From Octopus vulgaris (lineage: Eukaryota), in the NCBI GenBank assembly GCA_951406725.2, contig OX597823.1:89590001-89654000 (forward strand): a DNA stretch of 64,000 nt, in the 5' to 3' direction. The notes under the pieces were generated by a model that did not search any database, was not told where the DNA came from, and saw only the letters and a program-made list of their open reading frames with translations. The position numbers and the translations under genes are program-made. Shown here in pieces: positions 53,592 to 64,000 of the stretch (the first letter of the stretch is position 1; the number at the start of each line of letters is the position of its first letter).

Positions 53592-54125
53592 GGCAGCGAG
53601 CTGGCAGAAACGTTAGCAAGCAGGGCGAAATGCTTAGCGGTATTTCATCTGTCGTTACGTTCTGAGTTCAAATTCCGCCGAGGTCGACTTTGCCTTTCAT
53701 CCATTCGGGGTCGATTAAATAAGTACCAGTTACGCACTGGGTCGATGTAATCGACTTAATACCTATGTCTGTCCTTGTTTGTCCGCTCTGTGTTTAGCCC
53801 CTTGTGGGTAATAAAGAAATAGGTATTTCATCTGCAGGTATGTTCTGAGTTCAAATTCCGCCGAGGTCGACTTTGCTTTTCATCCTTTCGGGGCCGATTA
53901 AATAAGTACCACTTACAGGGTCGATATAATCGACTTAATCTGTTTGTCTGTCCTTGTTTGTCCTCTCTGTGTTTAGCCCCCTGTGGGTAGTAAAGAAATA
54001 CATTCTGAGTTCAAATTCGCCTTTCATCCTTTCAGGGTCGATAAATGAAGTACCAGTTAAGTACTGGGGGTAATGTGTTCGACTGTCTCACCAAAATCCA
54101 GGCCTTGTGCCTATAGCAGAAAGGA
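53592..54125 (+). mobile_element. tRNA-derived SINE family B (Nin/Deu-like domain), tandem partial triplication
   Basis: ggcagcgagctggcagaaacgttagc...gagttcaaattccgccgaggtcgactttgcctttcatcctttcggggtcgat. Other copies at about 10650(-), 12360, 12880(-), 18815, 30358, 41631, 43980(-), 46255(-), 48060(-), 50200 and 50953. Confidence 0.85.
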
Positions 54126-54846
54126 TTATCATACAAGCAGTGTCTTTCATTTCAAATCTTCCCTGAAAGCATGTCTAGACACGGAGAAATATTACCTTGC
54201 TTGGAAACAAGTGAAAGTTGGTGGCAGGAAGTGCATCTGATTAAAGAAAATTTTCCTCAACAAATTCTGTCTGATCCATGCAAGCACAGAGAAGTGGATG
54301 TAAAAGTAATGATGATGATGATGATAACGATGGTGGTGGTGGTGGTAGTGGTGGTGGCAATGCTGCTGCTGCTGCTGATGATGATAATGACCACAGCATG
54401 TGCTTACAAGTGTGTTTTGATATGATTTGAACAGCACAGCCTAAGTTTTTCAGGTGTCTCTTGATACGACTGGGTAACATCTGTTTACAAGTTCATCAAT
54501 AACATCAGCATTGTTCTACATTTAATCACAACCTCAAACAATCAGCTCTGTCTTTCCAGTGACGATAAATCCCCTATGAAATCTACTTAATTTGTGTCCA
54601 AACATATAGTGTTCACCACTCTCTTGCGGCAACCCAGACACCACTTCATTAGGCTGCAGAGACAGCATTATGGAGAGTAAGGACCAGCTTCATATCAACA
54701 CAACAGTATTAGCATCTCCTGCAAGAGACAACCACTGAATTGAGACAGATTATTTACATGGTTAAGCAACATGACAACACTAGCAACAGATGGCATTTTG
54801 CAGCCAACAGCATTTACAATGCAGAATTTAATATACAAGCACACAT

Positions 54847-54886
<40 letters not shown>

Positions 54887-55354
54887 CCAACCCATGCCAC
54901 ATGGAAATGGATGTTAAATGATTATGATGATGATTTTTAGAGAGATATATACATATATGTATATATGTTTTATATATAGAGAGGTAGACTGACAGAGACA
55001 GAGAAAGAAAGAGTGTGTATAAATAAAACAAATTAAAAGCATGCAAACAGGTGCCCATATCACGACTGATTTCAGATGATTCATTTATGCAATAATATAT
55101 GGATTTTGTAAGCTTCATATTGATTTTGTATGCATGATGCTAGTTCTTGTTCAAACACTGAAGTTGATAAAATTTTTTAATTTTCTTGAAAATAAAAATG
55201 TAACAGTCAACAATATTTGTGCATTGTCCATTGTCAATAATTGCAAGCTGATTGAAAAGATAAAGCACCAGACTACATGTTTACAATATGCAAATTCCCA
55301 ACACCAATTCTCTGAGTTCTAATCATATCATACTTGGATCAACTTCACGTTTTA

Positions 55355-56452
55355 TCTATAATAATAAATGGCAAGTTTGTGAATTTGTTATTTTATCTCC
55401 TCTGAGGCTATCCAACAGACTTTGATGAAACTTGACTTGTGTAGTGGAGGGGGGGAGGCTTATGTCCATGTGGTCACTTATGCACTTGGGAATTTTTTTT
55501 TAAATCGATTTTTAATCAGCATCGATTTTTCAAAAATCGTAAAATTTCAGCATCTTTTGTACTAGCCATCATGATATCAATTTGACGAAAAATGCCGAAA
55601 TTTGATGAAAAATGTTTCATGGGTATAAACAGACAGCTTATTAACAGTAATTTATTTAGCATTTGCTAATTCTTTATTTCAATGTGAATTGTTTTGATTT
55701 GCTAAAACTTTTATTTCAGTTCGTTGTTTTAATTCCACATCATTTCAGGTTTTGATTACTCTTTTAATTGTTTCAGTCATCTGACTGTGGCCATGCTGGA
55801 GCACCGCCTTTAATCGAGCAACTCGAACCCGGGACTTATTCTCTTGTAAGCCCAGTACTTATTCTATCGGTCTCTTTTGCCGAACCGCTAAGTGACGGAG
55901 ACATAAACACACCAGCATCGGTTGTCAAGCAATGCTAGGGGGACAAACACAGACACACAAACACACACACGATATATATATATATATACATATATACGAC
56001 GGGCTTCTTTCAGTTTCCGTCTACCAAATCCACTCACAAGGCTTTGGTCGGCCTGAGGCTATAGTAGAAGACACTTGCCCAAGGTGCCACGCAGTGGGAC
56101 TGAACCCGGGACCATGTGGTTGGTAAACAAGCTACTTACCACACAGCCACTCCTGCACCTAGGTAAGATCATTTTATTTCTCAAACAAAATTTAGGCAAC
56201 TTACGCACAAGTCATCGTGACATTGACGAAATCTGCACCAAAGCATAAAATTTCGCCATTTTACACACATGCACAAAAATGACAACGACATGGGTTCGCT
56301 ACCAGTTTCTGCTCAATTTTTCGTCAAATTGGTCCTATCCATTAATATAGATTTTAAATTTTCGAAAAATGTTGAAATTTGACGAGATTATATTTCATGG
56401 CTATAAACAGACATCTTATTAACAGTAATTTATTACCGGGTACCTCAGCTAG
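55355..56452 (+). mobile_element. non-autonomous Helitron-like element with a nested SINE
   Basis: a|TCTATAATAATAAA 5' end; ccgggtacctcagCTAG|t 3' end; internal ~45-bp direct repeat at 55615 and 56394. Confidence 0.55.
55757..56160 (-). mobile_element. SINE family A, young full-length copy
   Basis: Near-identical reverse complement of 42245-42635. Confidence 0.85.
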
Positions 56453-56569
56453 TTTTTTTATTTAAAAAATGTACCAGTAAAATATGGTCTTGGATTCAAG
56501 TTCTACTGCACAGCACCTTGAACAAGTGTCTTCTATAATCCTAGGCTGATCTTTTACTTTTACTGGATT

Positions 56570-57350
56570 TAGCCAGAGGTTGGGGCCATGCTGGAGTGCC
56601 ACCTTTCAGTGTTTTGAGGTTTCCTTCTGGTACTGTTTTTGATGAAAAAGCAAGTTGGATGAATTCTGCTCTTCTTTATGCTTCCTGCTGCAATGTGGGC
56701 TCATCTGGGATTTCAGACTCAAGTTTGTCTAAGTGCCTTTTGAAGGTTTCCACATCTACACTTTGTAGATTTCTTAGTTCCCTTGGCAGAATGTTAAACA
56801 GTTGTGGTCCCCTGAAACCCAAGCTGTTGCAATACTTAGGTTCTTCTCTGAGATGAAGAAGATGGTATCTTTGGTATTATGCAGTGCTGTTCAGTTCAGT
56901 GGTTGGTTTAGCTTTTAATTCCAAAGTCAAGAGCTAGACCTTCCAGAATTTTCCATATGTATATCACTGCATACTTTTCTCACCTTCTCTCCATGGAGTA
57001 GAGCTTCAGTTCTTAGACTCTCCCTGTAGCTCATCTGTTTCACCAACTCAATCTTTGCGTAGTGGTAATGGATTACTTCAAGTTCCAACACTAGTTTGAT
57101 GCTCTATGATGACCACATGTGGGAGTAGTAATCCAGGTGAATGAGGACAAATGTTCTCCATAGAAGTAGCAAGGTATCCTTATTTCTGGTTCTGAATAAT
57201 CTAAGGATCCATCCAGCTACTCGCCTGCAATGTGTTGCCATCCTGGCAATATGCAAATGAAATGTTGCATCACAACTCGTGTAGATTCCAAGGTCATACA
57301 CTGATTCTAACTCCAGGGTTTCAGTGCCCCTGGGCCTTTGTACTTCGATG
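56570..57350 (-). mobile_element. CR1/L2-group LINE 3' fragment
   Basis: YDLGI...GWILRLFRTRNKDTLLLLWRTFVLIHLDY, YSMERR, SLGFRGPQLFNILP. Confidence 0.75.
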
Positions 57351-57719
57351 GTAGTCTGTTTGTAGTCCAAAAAAAAAATATATATTACATGCTTTAACAA
57401 TATGTTGTCGGCTCTTATAGTCATGTGACACTCCCCCTCCTATGTCCATTCCTGTCATCTGCTACCTGTTACTGGAGACCATATAAAAACAACATTCTGG
57501 AATCCCGTAATGTCTACGAAAAGGGTATTTTTTTCTTACTTTTATTGTTTCAGGCAGAGGCTTTGTTCATTCTGGAGGCTTTTAAAAAATGGTCACCTGC
57601 ATCAACCAGGGGCTGAATATGGATCAATTACCTAGAAGACAACTATGCTTACTGTTACACCACCGATGCTGGCATATATAAGTGTGTGTGTGTGTGGTGT
57701 GAGGAATGCCTGTTATTAT

Positions 57720-59400
57720 TTTATTGTCTTAACATTGTGTGATAGCCATAAGCAAGTCTCACCATCATTCAAGTAAAGTCTTTCATTTTCCCTCCTTTTT
57801 TCTGGATGAGGTGTCCTTCTAAACACATGACTCATGAAAGACCATTTTAGAATTTTTATTTTCCAAATAATATCCATTAAACCTGTTGTCATTCTTTTGC
57901 TGTTGTTTCTCCACTTATCCATTTTGTTAATCTTCAGCATTTCTCTTTCCATGGCTTTTTGTGTTTTATTTTCAGTCCATTCTTCTGATGCATATATAAT
58001 GGTAGGAAGTACACACTGCTTCAAGAACCTTTCCTTTCAGACACATGGGCAACTTACTGATTGTAATGTGATTCAATTTACCAAAGGATTCCCATCCTAA
58101 TTGTATTAAATTTTTTGGTCAGATTTCTATCCTCTAAGCAAGGTAGGTGTATTGGTCCACATGTTCAACTATTTCCTCATTCATCAACTACATTTCCAGC
58201 TGTGATTAAATGGTTGGAGATTGTTTTTGCTTTACTAGTAATAATTCCGAGTCCACGTTTTTCACTTTCTTCTTTTAGTTCTCTTAGCTTTTCTGTTGAT
58301 TCTTTAATGCTCCTGGGAACGAGTATAATATCATCAGTGAATGTGAGATGATCTGGCATGCATCCATTTATGTTTATTCCTTTATCTGAGCAATATAAGT
58401 TTTTAAGAAAAACCTTTTCTAATACAGATGAGAATGATTTGGGTGGTATGGTACCTCCTTGTCTGACTCCTTCACCAATTTTGATATTAATCACCATGTT
58501 GCTTACAATTGCTGTAGTTTTACAGTTGGTGTACACATTCTTCAATAACTTCATATAGTTTCCTTCAATTCTCTTTTCCTCTTGTGCTCTTACTATATCA
58601 TTAATTTCCACCTGATCAAAAACTTTTTCAAAATCTACTAATGTTAAATAAGTCTGGCATTTTCCCCTCAGTTGTATGTATGTGGTCTATTGCACTGCAG
58701 ATTTTTTTGTAGTGTTCTACCGTAGTGTTCTCATCCAGTTTTCTCTCAATTCACTTTGGTATGATTTTTGAGAAGATCTTGTAGATGTATGATAGTAGAC
58801 TGATTTGTCAGGGGTTCTTTAGATCTTTAGCATGTCCTCTTTTGTAAAGAAGGATCAGTTTGAAATCTTTCCACATAACTGTTATCTTATGTTCATGCAA
58901 GCATTTTGTAGATAATTTAGCTAGTTCCTTTTCTGTGTTTGGTCCAACAACTTTTATTATGTCTATTTTAATCCCATCAGGACCTGCCCTAGTATTTTTT
59001 TTACATTTCCTTTATAACATTTCTTACTGCTTCCAACATATCTGGGACTCTTTCCTTTGAATTTACTGGTTGATATAGGTTTTCATAGAATTTTAAAAAT
59101 TCTTCTTAATATTTGCACATTTTCTGTAAGTTGTTTTACATTTTTGTATTTAGGTTAATGATTGTGTTATGTTCCACAGTCATCTTTTACTTAGTTTTTT
59201 AAAGACTTTTGTTATTTTCAATTGTTTCATTAATCATCTCCATATTTGACTCATTTTTATTTTCTCTATGGTTTTTCCCGTTTTACATAATTTGATATAT
59301 TCAATGTGTTGTGTAGATGAGTCATGTTGCATTGTTCTTTGGATATTCATGAGATTGATAATGTCTCTTGGTAATGTTTTTCCTTTATTCTTTTGTCATT
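57720..59400 (-). mobile_element. old RTE-clade LINE fragment (different family), pseudogenised RT
   Basis: GVRQGGTIPPKSF...HLTFTDDIIL, QCVLPTIIYASEEW, KWSFMSHV; many stops and frameshifts. Confidence 0.8.
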
Positions 59401-59623
59401 CTAATGCATAAATTCTTATACATACACACACACACACAGACACACAGACACAAATATATATGTATTCTTTTATTCTTTTACTTGTTTCAGTCATTTGACT
59501 GCAGCCATTGGTTGGCCCAAGGTTATAGTTGAAGAACCTTGCCTAAGGTGGCATGCAGTGGGACTGAACCCAGAACCATGTGGTTCAGAAGCAAACTTTT
59601 TACCACACAGTCATGCCTGTGCC

Positions 59624-59659
<36 letters not shown>

Positions 59660-60938
59660 CAAAGGAAGGTTAACCGGGAAGATAGTTTCTGTGCGTGTCA
59701 GATGCACAGGAGCAACAAACACTGAAGATGTACAGAAAACAGATTCCATCATATGCCAGAGGGAGAAACTACAATTAGTTAATAGCTTCTGCTACCTAGG
59801 CAACCAAGTCCGTAGTGGGGGTGGTTGTTCTGAGAGTGTATGGCTAGAAAAAGAATAGCCTGGGCAAAGTTCAGGGAGCTCCTACCTCTGCTCGCAACTA
59901 AGGGGCTCTCACTCAGGATGAAAGGTAGACTGTATGATGCATGTGTGCAAATGGCCAGGCTGCATGGCAGTGATCATGGGCCGTGAATGCTGAGGATGTG
60001 TGGGCTTGAAAGAAATGAAGCTAGTATGATCCTCTTGATGTGCAATGTCAGTGTGCATACACGGCAGAGTGTAAGCACCCTGAGAGAAAAGTTGAGCATA
60101 AGAAGCATCAAATGTGGTGTGCAAGAGAGATGACTGTGCTGGTATGTTCATGTGCTACATATGAATGAGGACAGCTGTGTGAGGAAGTGCCACTCTCTAA
60201 CTGTGGAAGGAACCTGTTGAAGAGGTAGACCCATGAAGACATGGGATGAGGTGATGAAGCATGACCTTTGAACATTGGGCCTCACACAGGCAATGACAGG
60301 AGACCGAAACCTTTGGATATGCTGTGATTGAGAGGACCCGGCAACTAAAGTGAGATCGCAGCCATGCATGTCCAGCCCAGTTAAAAGTACCCCTGATGCA
60401 TCAGGTGATATGATATGCTTCAGAAGACCTGTTGAGTCAAGTAAAACCAATATTGTAGCTGTGGCCGGTGCTCCCTGACTGGCTCCCAACCCAGTTGCAA
60501 GTAAAAAGCACCATCTGAACATGGCTGATACCAGTACCCACTGACTAGCTCCCATGCTGGTTGCATGTAAAAAGCACTATCCAAACATGATCAAAATCAG
60601 GACTGCCTAACTGGCCTCTATGCTGGTGGCATGTAAAAAGCACCATCTGAACATGAAAATGCCAGTATACCCTGACTGGCCTCCATGCCGATGGCATGTA
60701 AAAATCACTATCTGAATGTGATCGATGCCAGATCCACCTGACTGGCTCCTGTGCTGGTGGCATGTAAAAAGCACCCACTATACTATCGGAGAGGTTGGCA
60801 TTAGAAAGGGCATAAAGCTGTAGAAACATTGCCAGATCAGATTGGAGCCTGTAGCAGCCACTGGCTCTCCAGACCTCAGTCAAACCGTCCAACCCATGCC
60901 AACACAGAAAACGGACATTAAACGATGATGTTGATGAT
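59660..60938 (+). mobile_element. degenerate RTE LINE 3' part with 3'UTR array
   Basis: Frameshifted homolog of the 61.8-kb ORF (KTDSIICQREKLQLVNSFCYLG), followed by repeat units and a (GAT)n tail. Confidence 0.85.
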
Positions 60939-61361
60939 ATATATATATAGTTATATTGGAGTATTTCAACATATCATAATGTAATCCTTGTATTGTCCTT
61001 TTTCATGCTCTGATGATTTTCTACCCAAGGTGTTTTGAAATGCAAGATTATATATTTATATATGTTTAGTAGTTTAGATTGGATGTGAAATGAAAAAATT
61101 GTAGGTGAAGTTGTTAATTAATTAATAAATTAATTTATATCCATTGGATTTCTCCATTTTCAAACGTAATAATATTATATATATATATAAGGTTGGCTGC
61201 ATTAGAGGTTAAAATAACTGTCTAAGGGATAGAAGTATCCATTATACTACCAGTATGTTACCTATGTTTAACCATGGGCATACATATGCGAACACGTTAT
61301 ACTCATAAATTATAGGTAAAGACAATGATAGACATGAATTTATCAGGAATCAAAATTTAAT

Positions 61362-61706
61362 GAAAACAGAAAATGGAAAAATATTGATGAACAACAATTT
61401 ACTTACATCAATTATTATTTATTAATTCAATACAAATAAACTGCATCCCATCTAGTAGCTGTTTCTGCTTCTAATGTTGTATGCTATTGCCATACAGGGC
61501 TTCATCACTCTGATGAAACTCCATGTTTCAGATTGGTTTTATTAACAAATATGATAAATATTTTTAGCATATCAATGGCAATACCATACAACATCGGAAG
61601 CAGAAACCGATATTAGATGGGATGCAGTCTATTTGTACTGAATTAATAAATAATAATTGATGTAAGTCAATTGTTGTTCATCGATATTTCTCCATTTTTT
61701 GTTTTC
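61362..61706. repeat. imperfect inverted repeat, ~132-bp arms
   Basis: 61362-61493 is the reverse complement of 61575-61706 with scattered mismatches; ttcatca-ctc-tgatgaa lies between the arms. Confidence 0.9.
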
Positions 61707-61818
61707 TTTATATATATAATATATAATATATATATATATATAAACACACACATAAATATTTATATACATATATATATATCTACATACATACATACATATA
61801 CACACACATATATATATT

Positions 61819-63641
61819 CTAGATAGAAATAACTACAGAGGTATCAAACTGTTGGACCAGGTGATGAAGGTCTCAGAGAAGGTCATAACCAATCTCATTA
61901 GGGAGAGAATTTGTTTAGATGAAATGCAGTTCGGTTTTGTACCAGGTAGAAGCACCACTGATGCTATATTCCTGGTCCGACAACTGCAGGAGAAGTACCT
62001 AGCTAAAGATAAACCCCTCTACATAGCTTTTGTAGACTTGGAGAAAGCCTTTGACAGGGTTCCCCGTTCCCTTATCTGGTGGTCGATGCGGAAACTGGAG
62101 ATTGAAGAATGGCTAATAAGGGCTGTACAGGCTCTATACAGAGAGGCTGTTAGCAAGGTTAGGATTGGCAACGAATATAGTGAAGAATTCCGAGTAGAAG
62201 TAGGTGTGCACCAGGGCTCAGCCCTCAGTCCCCTTTTGTTCATCATAGTACTTCAAGCAATAACAGAGGAATTCAAAACGGGATGCCCCTGGGAGCTCCT
62301 CTATGCCGATGACCTAGCTCTCATAGCAGAATCACTACCGGAACTAGAAGAGAAATTTCGGGTATGGAAGCAAGGGTTGGAATCAAAGGGCCTTAGAATA
62401 AATGTAGCAAAGACCAAAGTATTAGTAAGCAGCAAGAGGTACTCAACACACATCCCCTCGGGTAGGTGGCCCTGCTCAACCTGTAGGAAAGGTACAGGTA
62501 GAAACTCCATAAGATGCACCCAATGTAAGTTATGGACACATAAGAGGTGCAGCAACATTAAAGGGAAATTAACAGATAAGATAGCTTTCATGTGCGGCAG
62601 ATGCACAGGGACAATAGACACAACAGACACTCAGAAAACAGATTCCATCACACTCCAGGGAGAGAAACTAGAAGTAGTTGATAGTTTCCGCTACCTGGGA
62701 GACCAAGTTAGTAGCGGAGGTGGATGCACAGAGAGTATCACCACTAGAATACGAATAGCCTGGGCAAAGTTCAGAAAGCTCCTACCCCTACTGGCAACAA
62801 AAGGCCTCTCCCTCAGAGCAAAAGGTAGATTATATGATGCATGTGTGCGAACTGCCATGCTTCACGGTAATGAAACATGGGCTGTGACTGCAGAAGACAT
62901 GCGTAGACTTGAAAGAAATGAAGCTAGCATGATCCGCTGGATGTGTAGTGTCAGTGTGCACGCAAAACAGAGTGTAAGTATCCTGAGAGAAATGCTGGAT
63001 ATAAGAAGCATCAGATGTGGTGTGCAAGAGCGACGCTTGCGATGGTATGGTCATGTGCTGCGGATGAATGAAGAGAGATGTGTGAAGAAGTGTCACTCCC
63101 AAACAGTTGAAGGTATCAGGGGGAGAGGTAGACCCAGGAAGACATGGGATGAGGTGGTCAAGCATGACCTCAGAGCATTGGGCCTCACTGAGGCAATGGC
63201 GAAGGACCGAGATCTCTGGAGATATGCTGTGACTACAAAGACCCGGGCTGCTTTCTGCAGCAATTCCACATACCCCCTACCCATTCTAAGTACCCCCTAC
63301 CCATTCTAAGTACCCCGGATCCCCAAAGTACCCTGGATCCCCAAAATACCCCAATCCCCAAAGTACCCCGGACCTCGTTGCCCCCGTGCCGCTGACACGT
63401 TAAAATGCTCGAATCCGATCGTGACGATGCCGGACCCTCCGGCCCCTGTGCAGGTGGCACGTAAAAAGCACCCAATCCACTCACGGAGTGGTTGGCGTTA
63501 GGAAGGGCATCCAGCCGTAGAAACTCTGCCAGATTCAGACTGGAGCCTGGAGCGGCCCCTGGCTTCCCAGACCCGGTCAAACCGTCCAACCCGTGCTAGC
63601 GCGGAAAGCGGACGTTAAACGATGATGATGATGATGATGAT
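61819..63641 (+). mobile_element. young 5'-truncated RTE-clade LINE with 3'UTR and (GAT)n tail
   Basis: Frame open from about 61819 (LDRNNYRGIKLL) to 63309; conserved 3' tail ending ggacgttaaac(gat)n; flanked by TA/CA microsatellites. Confidence 0.93.
61852..63309 (+). CDS. RTE ORF: reverse transcriptase, PHD finger and C-terminal domain (endonuclease lost by 5' truncation)
   Basis: QFGFVPGRSTTDAIF, FVDLEKAFD, GVHQGSALSP, YADD, FRYLG, RRLRWYGHV, GRGRPRKTW; no stop in 485 codons. Confidence 0.92.
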   Translation: MDQVMKVSEKVITNLIRERICLDEMQFGFVPGRSTTDAIFLVRQLQEKYLAKDKPLYIAFVDLEKAFDRVPRSLIWWSMRKLEIEEWLIRAVQALYREAVSKVRIGNEYSEEFRVEVGVHQGSALSPLLFIIVLQAITEEFKTGCPWELLYADDLALIAESLPELEEKFRVWKQGLESKGLRINVAKTKVLVSSKRYSTHIPSGRWPCSTCRKGTGRNSIRCTQCKLWTHKRCSNIKGKLTDKIAFMCGRCTGTIDTTDTQKTDSITLQGEKLEVVDSFRYLGDQVSSGGGCTESITTRIRIAWAKFRKLLPLLATKGLSLRAKGRLYDACVRTAMLHGNETWAVTAEDMRRLERNEASMIRWMCSVSVHAKQSVSILREMLDIRSIRCGVQERRLRWYGHVLRMNEERCVKKCHSQTVEGIRGRGRPRKTWDEVVKHDLRALGLTEAMAKDRDLWRYAVTTKTRAAFCSNSTYPLPILSTPYPF

Positions 63642-64000
63642 ATACATATACATACACACACACACACACGTATACACATTACATGTATGCACACGCAATG
63701 GATTTCTTCCTGTTTTTGATCTGCCACATTCACTCTAAGTAACAAAGTATTGGCCAACTTGTGGCTAAAAGTAAAAACTGAACCTCTCACCACTTGGTTC
63801 CACCACAAACCTCTTCACCATACAACCATGTCTGCAATTACAGTAGAGTAGCTATTTTGCTGAGAAATGCTAATAGCTTTAGTAAACACGTTAATAGTCT
63901 CAGTAAACATGTTAAAAGCTTCTGTAAATATACATAAGACAGTTTCACTCTTGCTGTGCATGCCCCCTTAAGGTTTGGGATTTCCGTGTAAAAGAATGAT

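Noticed and set aside
54408-54480. Minus-strand cag|ATG...T|gtaagc phase-1 exon as the missing first Ly6 exon
   Set aside because: The phase fits, but MLPSRIKRHLKNLGCAVQIISKHT lacks a hydrophobic signal-peptide core. It is not excluded, only unsupported.
61005-61050. CTGATGA...GAAA hammerhead-like spacing (also a remnant at 55058-55125 minus)
   Set aside because: Helices II and III do not pair convincingly, so it is too degenerate to call.
63800-63930. Leu-rich minus-strand frame as a signal-peptide exon
   Set aside because: It comes from a degenerate ~21-bp tandem repeat, has no in-frame ATG with a phase-1 donor, and ends in a stop.

Overview
AT-rich, microsatellite-dense eukaryotic DNA. 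The repeat families suggest a cephalopod, probably Octopus (inference). Two spliced genes were reconstructed by hand. The first is a complete GH18 chitinase on + (14803-41158, 8 coding exons, 398 aa) with a signal peptide, an intact DxxDxDxE motif and no chitin-binding domain. The second, convergent on -, is the last two exons of a 12-Cys Ly6/uPAR (three-finger) protein with a GPI-type tail (45893-48009); its signal-peptide exon was not found. The rest is mostly mobile DNA: RTE LINEs (one young copy with a 485-aa open RT plus PHD-finger ORF), many RTE 3' tails, three SINE families, two mariner and one maT fossils, hAT/piggyBac MITEs, two Helitron-like elements and CR1 and R4/Dong fragments. 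The most notable unannotated signals are: several unrelated short elements, mostly beside (TA)n tracts, carrying minimal type I hammerhead-ribozyme motifs with palindromic helix III, the best preserved lying antisense to the chitinase pre-mRNA; a tandemly amplified putative H-type pseudoknot in the RTE 3'UTR; an intronic HSE-array/TATA/Inr promoter cassette; and locally templated duplications. All calls are by eye, with no database search.
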